In this document: positions 9,831 through 16,494 of the stretch, one piece after another
Numbering within the stretch: the first letter of the stretch is position 1
Layout: every line of letters begins with the position of its first letter
Assembly (NCBI GenBank): GCA_044353325.1
Contig: JBILCF010000008.1
Location: 1-30,326, forward strand
DNA length: 30,326 bases
Direction of reading: 5' to 3'
Source: Chitinophagaceae bacterium
GTDB taxonomy: Bacteria; Bacteroidota; Bacteroidia; Chitinophagales; Chitinophagaceae
Program-made: the position numbers and the translations under genes
The notes under the pieces: generated by a model
Told to the model about the DNA's origin: nothing
What the model saw: only the letters and a program-made list of their open reading frames with translations
Databases searched by the model: none

Positions 9831-10205
9831 TCATAATACTAAACGTTTAAATTGTAAACTTTTACTACCAAAGTTAATTAATAATCCAACTTCTATTTTA
9901 TATGCTCGTAAATAATTTAATAGTTGTGCAGTATGCACTTCTTCCATATTTATTATTGCTTTTAATTCAACCAGTACTTTGCCCTCTACCAAAAAATCTG
10001 CTCGACGTGTTCCTATCGGCTCTGTCAGTTCTTTGTAATAAATAGGCTGTTCTATTTCTCTTGAAAATGATAGTCCCTTTTTACTCATTTCGAATGCTAA
10101 GGCTCTTTGATATATAACCTCTTGGAAGCCATTTCCTAAAAAAGAATGGACTTCAAATGATGCACCTATAATCTTTTCTGTAATATCTTTATGTTTTAGT
10201 TCCAT
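9831..10205 (-). CDS. GxxExxY protein (PD-(D/E)XK nuclease fold, PDDEXK_3 / TIGR04256-like)
   Basis: 124 aa with an ATG start. It has the GFQEVIY motif (GxxExxY), D...ELK nuclease-type residues (RRADFLV...VELK) and the family-typical C-terminus GLLINFG...FKRLVL. Confidence 0.85.
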   Translation of the reverse strand: MELKHKDITEKIIGASFEVHSFLGNGFQEVIYQRALAFEMSKKGLSFSREIEQPIYYKELTEPIGTRRADFLVEGKVLVELKAIINMEEVHTAQLLNYLRAYKIEVGLLINFGSKSLQFKRLVL

Positions 10206-10257
10206 TAGCTCAAAATGTATTCTTTATAATCTTAGCATTCATATAAATCCGTGTAAC

Positions 10258-10300
10258 TCAGTGCAATCCGTGTCATCTTCAAAATCTGTGATTCAGACAT
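10258..10300. repeat. Inverted repeat arm A-right
   Basis: TCAGTGCAATCCGTGTCATCTTCAAAATCTGTGATTCAGACAT. An extra AATCCGTGT word sits just inside, at 10247-10255. Confidence 0.85.
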
Positions 10301-10494
10301 TCCATCCTCGCATAGTCTCTTGCTTCGAGGACTCTGCGACTTGAGATACGAAATGCAGTTTTGCCAAGTTTATGATGAATGCACACATGTTTTATTTATT
10401 CCATACCAAAGCTAACATTTTTCATATTCAATCTAAAATGAAAATAATAAAAAGAATATTCACTTTTCTGCAAGAAGTTTTTCCTTCTTACCAC

Positions 10495-10527
10495 AAAAAA
10501 AGGAGACTCTCTAGAATCTCCTTTTTA
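10495..10527 (-). terminator. Rho-independent terminator downstream of dnaA
   Basis: Stem AGGAGA (10501-10506) pairs with TCTCCT (10517-10522). An A-run lies upstream on the plus strand, which gives a U-run after the stem on the minus-strand RNA. The structure is ~20 nt past the dnaA stop. Confidence 0.65.
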
Positions 10528-10544
10528 ATATTTAAAGCATTGAC

Positions 10545-11981
10545 TTAAATCGCCGCCAATTGTACTTTTTGTTGCAATTCTTTGACTTGCTCGCGTATCA
10601 TCACATCGGTATCCATCAGGTCCTTCACCGTTTGACAGCTATGTATTACCGTAGTATGATCTCGTCCGCCAAAGTGGTCGCCAATGTTTTTCAAGGAGTT
10701 TTTGGTAAATTGTTTAGCCAAAAACATTGAAATTTGACGTGCTTGAACTATTTCGCGTTTACGTGTTTTCGCTTGTAATTTATCGTATGGTATTTCATAA
10801 AAATCACAAACCATTTTTTGTATCGTATCGATTGTAATTTCTTTAGACGATGTTTTAACAATGTTTCGCAATACCTTTTTGGCTAAATCTAAATCGATTT
10901 CTTTTTTGACCAAAGATGAATGTGCCAACAATGAAATCAAGGCACCTTCCATTTCGCGGATATTGTTTTGCACGTTGTAAGCCAAATACTTCACCACTTC
11001 TGCCGGAAGATCTAAACCATCGTTGCGCATTTTGTGATCGAGGATAGCCATACGTGTTTCAAAATCGGGTGCTTGCAAATCGGCACTCAATCCCCATCTG
11101 AAACGCGATAGTAAACGCTCTTGCATACCATCCAAGTCTTTAGGTGGCTTATCGCTAGTAAGTATCAATTGTTTGCCATTTTGGTGCAAATGATTGAAGA
11201 TAGAGAAAAATGCATCCTGCGATTTGATTGCTGGCGCAAAATAATGGATATCGTCAATGATCAACACATCAATCAATTGGTAGAAATTGATAAAATCATT
11301 GATCTCATGATTTTTTGAATGTTCTATAAACTGATGTATAAATTTCTCAGCACTAACGTACAATACAGTTTTGTTGGGATGCAAACGCTTGGTTTCATTG
11401 CCTATGGCATGTATCAAGTGGGTTTTGCCTAGTCCTGACGAACTGTATACCACCAATGGATTAAACGATGTACCACCGGGTTTTTGTGCCACGGCCATAC
11501 CTGCACTTCGCGCTAATCGGTTGCATTCGCCTTCTACAAATGAATCGAAAGTATAATTAGGATTTAATTGCGGATCTATTTGCGAGCGTTTGAGGCCTGG
11601 TATTACAAATGGATTTTTGATACCGCTATCGTTGCCTACATGTACATCGACATAGTTGTTGCTCAATTGTGCTTGCGAGTGGCTACTTGCAGGCATACGA
11701 ATCGATGCTGGATTTTTCTTATTTTGGTTTTCCATCAAAATGCGGTACTCCAATTGTGCATCTTTGCCCAATTCGCGTTTGATAGTTTTTGCAATCAATT
11801 CGACATAATGTTCTTCAAGCCATTCATAAAAAAATTGACTTGGTACTTCGATCACCAATACATTGTTTTCTAACGAGACTGGTTTGATTGGTTCAAACCA
11901 TGTTTTGTATGATTGCCAGCTAATGTTATCTTTAATTACCTTTAAACAATTCTCCCATATTTTATCTAAGGTTTTTGTCAT
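10545..11981 (-). CDS. dnaA: Chromosomal replication initiator protein DnaA
   Basis: 478 aa. It has Walker A (SSGLGKTHL), AAA+ motifs (LIIDDIH) and the domain IV DNA-binding signature (GGRDHTTVIHSCQTV). Confidence 0.95.
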   Translation of the reverse strand: MTKTLDKIWENCLKVIKDNISWQSYKTWFEPIKPVSLENNVLVIEVPSQFFYEWLEEHYVELIAKTIKRELGKDAQLEYRILMENQNKKNPASIRMPASSHSQAQLSNNYVDVHVGNDSGIKNPFVIPGLKRSQIDPQLNPNYTFDSFVEGECNRLARSAGMAVAQKPGGTSFNPLVVYSSSGLGKTHLIHAIGNETKRLHPNKTVLYVSAEKFIHQFIEHSKNHEINDFINFYQLIDVLIIDDIHYFAPAIKSQDAFFSIFNHLHQNGKQLILTSDKPPKDLDGMQERLLSRFRWGLSADLQAPDFETRMAILDHKMRNDGLDLPAEVVKYLAYNVQNNIREMEGALISLLAHSSLVKKEIDLDLAKKVLRNIVKTSSKEITIDTIQKMVCDFYEIPYDKLQAKTRKREIVQARQISMFLAKQFTKNSLKNIGDHFGGRDHTTVIHSCQTVKDLMDTDVMIREQVKELQQKVQLAAI

Positions 11982-12108
11982 TTTTCTTCACCTAATTTTT
12001 AGATATTATTAAATAATTCGTTTATTCTTTTTTACTTATTAAGATAGTGTTTATAAAAATCTCTAACGAGCAACGAAAGTGGTAATTTTTTGTTGAAAAA
12101 AAAAATTT

Positions 12109-13065
12109 TTAAACGCTTGTTTCTTTCACATCCAACACAGTAAAATTTGAAACGTAGTCGTAGTGCTTTTTATGATTAAAAAAAATATTTATCCTACCTA
12201 GCTGTAAGCCTGCCCATCCAACCTGATTAACAATTACATCTTGATTATTCCGATTTTTTACACTAAGGGGTTTCTCTAAAAATGTATGTGTATGTCCACC
12301 TAAAATACAATCAATATGCGCTGATGATTTCGCAAAAATTTGGTCAGAAATTTTAGCATCTTTGTATTCAAATCCAAGGTGAGATAAACAGATGACATAG
12401 TCACATTTTTTCTTCACTTTGAGGAAGTGAGCAGTCTCATTGGCATAGACTATTGGATCACGATAAATGATATTGCCATACAATCGATCAGGAACTAATC
12501 CATTCAACTCAATTCCTACTCCTAATATGCCAATTTTAAGCCTTCCTTTCCGAAGAATAGTATAGGGTTTTATACGGTATTCAAGTGGTGTATTTGTAAA
12601 GTCGTAATTGCAATTGACAAAATCAAAATGGGCACATTCGAGTTGTTTGACCAAACCATCTATTCCATTATCAAAATCATGATTACCCAATGTAGCCGCA
12701 TCATAGCGAAGCATACTCATGACTTGCATTTCAGGCTTGCCTTTGTAAAAATTAAAGTAAGGTGTGCCCTGAAAAATATCGCCAGCATCCAATAGTAATA
12801 CTTGTGAATCTTCACTTCGAATGTTACGAATTAGTTTTTCGCGCGCCAATACTCCGCCCATACCTTGATACTTGCTTCCATCCATCGGAAAAGGATCGAG
12901 CCTACTATGTACATCGTTGGTGTGTAAGATAGTTAGTTGTTCATCATAGTTATCGGTAGGTTTGGCCAAAGCGTCAAACGGAAATTGACTCGTAGCTAAA
13001 AGGCCACCTACCAAGGCTGTTTGGCTTACAAACTTTCTTCTACTTTGATTATATGGTTTGTTCAT
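12109..13065 (-). CDS. Metallophosphoesterase, equivalent to the 5'-nucleotidase/UshA N-terminal catalytic domain, with a Tat-type signal
   Basis: 318 aa. It has a twin-arginine-like leader (SRRKFVSQTALVGGLLA) and calcineurin-like motifs (HTNDVHS, GDIFQG, GNHDF, GGHTH). Confidence 0.8.
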   Translation of the reverse strand: MNKPYNQSRRKFVSQTALVGGLLATSQFPFDALAKPTDNYDEQLTILHTNDVHSRLDPFPMDGSKYQGMGGVLAREKLIRNIRSEDSQVLLLDAGDIFQGTPYFNFYKGKPEMQVMSMLRYDAATLGNHDFDNGIDGLVKQLECAHFDFVNCNYDFTNTPLEYRIKPYTILRKGRLKIGILGVGIELNGLVPDRLYGNIIYRDPIVYANETAHFLKVKKKCDYVICLSHLGFEYKDAKISDQIFAKSSAHIDCILGGHTHTFLEKPLSVKNRNNQDVIVNQVGWAGLQLGRINIFFNHKKHYDYVSNFTVLDVKETSV

Positions 13066-13071
13066 GATGTT

Positions 13072-13860
13072 TTATTTTACGATATGTACACGTTGGGTTG
13101 GATTTGGAAAACAGTTTGAATGGGTTTGAATATACTCAATCATGACATCTCGAATCAATAATCCAGTATTGATACGTTTACAAGTTTTCAAAAAATCACA
13201 TTGATCGCCCCCATTTGCAATATAATCATTGGTAGTAATAGTGTAAATTACATTATCTGCAAGAGGCGAAAACGTTATGATTGTATCTTTTGAAGTCGCA
13301 GTTTGTGGATCAAAAACAGTAAACTTTTCCGTATAAGCTAGAGCTTGTTTCAACTTAGGTAAATTCATAGGTAAATAGGTTGCAACGGGCCATCCATCGG
13401 ACTTTGCCATGACTTCAATCCATTGTGTGAGTTGTTTCCCGTTGACTTCTAGTATCACTAATTCGTTTTCAAAAGGTAACAGTTCAAATATTTTACCTCG
13501 GGTAATATTTCCTTGTTGTATTTCATTAATACGAATACCACCATAGTTGCATATTGCATTTTGTGTGGCTGGGTTAATCGTTTTGGCTTTCGACAGCATC
13601 GCATCAGCGACAAAATTGCCAAGACTACCTCCTGGTTTCTCTTTTTTAAAATTACCCTTAGATTGACCTATTACCTCGTTCATGATAAGGCTCAGACTAT
13701 CCCTGTATGGCTTCAACAATTTGGCTATTTCAGAGGCTGAATCTGCTTCAGTATGCGAAATTTTGTATACGTTAGTTTCATTGCTCGAAACCATATACAT
13801 TGGTTTGCAAGCACTTAAGAGCATAATGAGGACCAATAACATGCGATGTGTATAAATCAT
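13072..13860 (-). CDS. 5'-nucleotidase C-terminal (substrate-binding) domain lipoprotein
   Basis: 262 aa. It has a lipobox-like LLSAC and 5'-nucleotidase_C-type segments (GNFVADAM, GGIRINE, TNDYIANGGD). It sits directly upstream of the metallophosphatase gene. Confidence 0.7.
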   Translation of the reverse strand: MIYTHRMLLVLIMLLSACKPMYMVSSNETNVYKISHTEADSASEIAKLLKPYRDSLSLIMNEVIGQSKGNFKKEKPGGSLGNFVADAMLSKAKTINPATQNAICNYGGIRINEIQQGNITRGKIFELLPFENELVILEVNGKQLTQWIEVMAKSDGWPVATYLPMNLPKLKQALAYTEKFTVFDPQTATSKDTIITFSPLADNVIYTITTNDYIANGGDQCDFLKTCKRINTGLLIRDVMIEYIQTHSNCFPNPTQRVHIVK

Positions 13861-13930
13861 AAGGCAAATATTCCTAAAAATACAAAAAGAATTTATCTTC
13901 GTGTTTTAAATTTTAAACAATAATTTTTTT

Positions 13931-14326
13931 ATGGCATCTTTTGAAATCTTCGGTAATCTCAAAGTCAAACAAGACACACAAGTTGTAAGCGACAAATTCT
14001 CAAAACGTGAATTTGTATTGACAACAGACACATCAACGCAATACCCTCAGTATATTTCCCTACAACTTACACAAGATAAATGTAGCCTTTTGGACAGTTT
14101 CAATGTAGGTGAAGAACTTAAAGTATCGTTCAATTTGCGTGGCCGTGAATGGAATAATCCTAATAAAGGCGTACAATACTTCAATTCTTTAGAAGCTTGG
14201 CGAATAGAGCGTGCTAGCAATGCTGCACCAGCACCACAAGCGGCTCCTTCACATGTAGCAACACCTTCTAACTCAGCTTCGGACGTTATTTCTTCTACTC
14301 CGGTAGTAGACGATCTTCCGTTCTAA
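13931..14326 (+). CDS. DUF3127 domain protein with a disordered tail ending in an SSB-like tip (DDLPF)
   Basis: 131 aa. The core (YPQYISLQL...VGEELKVSFNLRGREW...YFNSLEAWRIE) matches my recollection of DUF3127. The C-terminal ~35 aa are a low-complexity Ala/Pro/Ser stretch ending VVDDLPF. Confidence 0.75.
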   Translation: MASFEIFGNLKVKQDTQVVSDKFSKREFVLTTDTSTQYPQYISLQLTQDKCSLLDSFNVGEELKVSFNLRGREWNNPNKGVQYFNSLEAWRIERASNAAPAPQAAPSHVATPSNSASDVISSTPVVDDLPF

Positions 14327-14346
14327 TCAAAATAACGTATTAAAAC

Positions 14347-14379
14347 AAAAAACGCATTTCATTTGAAATGCGTTTTTTT
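14347..14379. terminator. Bidirectional rho-independent terminator
   Basis: A perfect 10-bp stem (ACGCATTTCA at 14352-14361, TGAAATGCGT at 14364-14373) with a 2-nt loop. An A-run lies on one side and a T-run on the other. It sits between convergent genes. Confidence 0.8.
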
Positions 14380-14405
14380 GTTATATGAAGATTTTTAAGT
14401 TGGGT

Positions 14406-15521
14406 TTAATATTGACTCATACCGCTGATTGTAGCATGGATGCCGTTTGAAAGGTCGTCAACAACTGGCGAACTTTGGGTATTACCATTCATGAATTGCT
14501 TCCAAATGGTACGACCATCACGAACATCAACACAGTATAGGTAACGATCGTAAGAACAGAAATAAACATAATTGCCAAATACCACAGGTGAGGTTTTGAT
14601 TAAACTACCTGCAGGGTATTTCCAACGTAAAGTACCTGACACATGGTCGATGCAATACAAATTGAAGTCATAACTACCTATCAAAACTGAATTTGTAAAC
14701 TCATGTATAGCAGGAGAAGATTTAACGCGTTCAAGTGTAGCATAGGTCCAACGTTCTAAACCAGTTGTAGTATCAATACAATGTATTTTAAAGTCGTCAC
14801 TTCCAATTATACACATACCGCCATACACTGTAGGTGAAGAAGAAACTTTGTCGCCTGTTGTGTAATTCCATTTTGGTGAGCCATCAGATTCATTAATTGC
14901 ATACACTTTTGAATCTTCACAGCCATAATAGACTACGCCATTGCTAACTTTCAACGAAGAAAAGACTGCATTAGGCGCTGTAGGCGAAATCCAAATGCCA
15001 ATACCATTGTTGGCATTTACACAATGTATTGAGTTGTCATTGATGCTAAAAAACACTTTATCATTAACTACTTGAGGTGAACTTTGACAAGGCATAGAAG
15101 CTGCATAATACGTCCAAAGCTTGTTACCATTGATATCATAACAATAGAGACTATCTGCAGCAATATAGATTTTATCGTTTGCAATGGCTAAACTGTTGCT
15201 TGTACTTGTTGGTGTATATTTCATCCAATTGGTATCGCCTTTTACAACATCAATAGAGTATAAATAACCCGTTTGGGTCAAAGCAAACAGTTTTTCTTTA
15301 TAAAAAGCAGGAGAACCTGCTACAATTCCTTTGGTCGTGATTTCCCAAAGTTTATTGCCGTTGTTGGCATCATAACTGATAATTGTATTGTTGTCATTTG
15401 CTATAAAAACAGCTTCTTTTCTGATTTTATCCAATGGATTATCACTACTTTTTGTTTTTCCGCAGGAAGCAAGAAATAGAACAGCACCGAAGACAATCAA
15501 GGGTAAAAATAATTTATTCAT
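14406..15521 (-). CDS. PQQ-like beta-propeller repeat lipoprotein (BamB-family-like)
   Basis: 371 aa. It has a lipoprotein signal (LFLASCGK) and about 8 repeats of the motif G..(L/R)W.Y with Y(C/A)(I/V)D/N segments, typical of PQQ/BamB propellers. Confidence 0.75.
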   Translation of the reverse strand: MNKLFLPLIVFGAVLFLASCGKTKSSDNPLDKIRKEAVFIANDNNTIISYDANNGNKLWEITTKGIVAGSPAFYKEKLFALTQTGYLYSIDVVKGDTNWMKYTPTSTSNSLAIANDKIYIAADSLYCYDINGNKLWTYYAASMPCQSSPQVVNDKVFFSINDNSIHCVNANNGIGIWISPTAPNAVFSSLKVSNGVVYYGCEDSKVYAINESDGSPKWNYTTGDKVSSSPTVYGGMCIIGSDDFKIHCIDTTTGLERWTYATLERVKSSPAIHEFTNSVLIGSYDFNLYCIDHVSGTLRWKYPAGSLIKTSPVVFGNYVYFCSYDRYLYCVDVRDGRTIWKQFMNGNTQSSPVVDDLSNGIHATISGMSQY

Positions 15522-15729
15522 TGCGTATAAATACTAAGTTCGAAAACAAATATAGACGAAATACTTGAACAATCAGGAATACTTCTTTGAAAAAATAAAC
15601 AATTCTGCCATAAATTTGAATGCTGATAATCAGATCGATTTACAAAAAGGCATAATGACTGCTTCTGTGAAAGGTGTGTTAAACTATTGTAGCTTACGTA
15701 TTTTAACTTCTCTTCAATATTGATTTTTG

Positions 15730-15737
15730 TACTTTTG
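15730..15737 (+). promoter_or_regulatory. Candidate -7 promoter box for uppS (TACTTTTG)
   Basis: Matches TAnnTTTG, with 19 nt between the box and the ATG at 15757. Confidence 0.35.
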
Positions 15738-15756
15738 TCAGCTTCTGAAACAAAAA

Positions 15757-16491
15757 ATGAAAGATTTAATAGACAAACAAAAACTGCCAAAGCATGTCGC
15801 CATCATCATGGATGGCAATGGACGTTGGGCAAAAGAGCGTGGCAAAGACCGTCTATTTGGTCATCAGCATGGCGTTATCAGTGTGCGAGAGGTCGTAGAA
15901 GGTTGCGCTGAGATTGGGATTAAATTCGTGACTTTATATGCTTTTTCGACCGAAAACTGGAACAGACCTGAAAGTGAAGTGAATGGATTAATGGAACTTT
16001 TAGTAGCCACTATTCGTGCCGAAGCCGAGTCTTTAAACAAAAATGGTGTCAGATTGCACGTAATTGGCGATTTTTCTACACTTCCTCCGTCTTGCATCAA
16101 CGAACTACATGAGGCCATGAAACTAACCGAAACGAATACAACGTTAAATCTAGTATTGGCACTAAGCTATAGTTCCAAATGGGAAATAGTCGAAGCTACA
16201 CGCAAAATTGCAGCTAAAGTAGCCCATCACGAGCTTTCTGTAGACGATATCAATGAAGAAACATTTAAGCAACATCTAAGTACAAAAGATTTTCCAGATC
16301 CAGAATTGATGATTCGCACCAGTGGTGAACATCGTATCAGTAATTTTTTATTGTACCAATTGGCTTATGCCGAATTGTATTTTACCCATACACATTGGCC
16401 CGATTTCCGAAAAGAAAATCTCTATGAAGCCCTCCTCAACTATCAAAACCGTGAACGCCGATTTGGCAAAATAAGCGAACAACTTAAGTAA
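15757..16491 (+). CDS. uppS: Isoprenyl transferase / undecaprenyl diphosphate synthase
   Basis: Signature motifs HVAIIMDGNGRWA, TLYAFSTENWNRP, IRTSGEHRISNFLLYQ and RERRFG. I chose the ATG at 15757 (MKDLIDK) rather than the track's TTG at 15727. Confidence 0.93.
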   Translation: MKDLIDKQKLPKHVAIIMDGNGRWAKERGKDRLFGHQHGVISVREVVEGCAEIGIKFVTLYAFSTENWNRPESEVNGLMELLVATIRAEAESLNKNGVRLHVIGDFSTLPPSCINELHEAMKLTETNTTLNLVLALSYSSKWEIVEATRKIAAKVAHHELSVDDINEETFKQHLSTKDFPDPELMIRTSGEHRISNFLLYQLAYAELYFTHTHWPDFRKENLYEALLNYQNRERRFGKISEQLK

Positions 16492-16494
16492 AGC

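Larger units (their letters stand above)
9771..10300 (-). mobile_element. Candidate inverted-repeat-bounded GxxExxY cassette A
   Basis: 43-bp imperfect inverted repeats at 9771-9813 and 10258-10300 (38/43 complementary, inner 20 bp perfect) enclose a single 375-nt ORF. Mobility is hypothetical. Confidence 0.35.

Noticed and set aside
10301-10370. Possible duplicated sequence outside cassette A. CTTGCTT..CGAGG and AATGCAG occur at both 9596-9660 and 10328-10365, and GCAGAGTC / GACTCTGC occur as an inverted 8-mer pair. I considered whether this marks a target-site duplication or a longer outer stem.
   Set aside because: The matches are short (7-8 nt), not collinear with the inverted-repeat ends, and within chance expectation for two ~70-bp windows. 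Nothing resembling a TSD sits immediately adjacent to the arms.
11982-12108. oriC or a DnaA-box cluster next to dnaA (AT-rich 127-bp spacer with an A10 run); the 10206-10544 region was also checked.
   Set aside because: There is no cluster of TTATCCACA-like boxes. The best hit, TGTTTATAA at 12048-12056, matches the relaxed TTATNCACA form at 8/9 positions, and the same AT-rich 9-mer also occurs at 3731-3739. AT-richness alone is not evidence, so the origin may lie elsewhere.
15518-15790. 90-aa minus-strand ORF spanning the divergent promoter region between the BamB-like gene and uppS.
   Set aside because: It overlaps the uppS start and promoter, shows no recognisable motifs, and occupies a typical AT-rich regulatory spacer.
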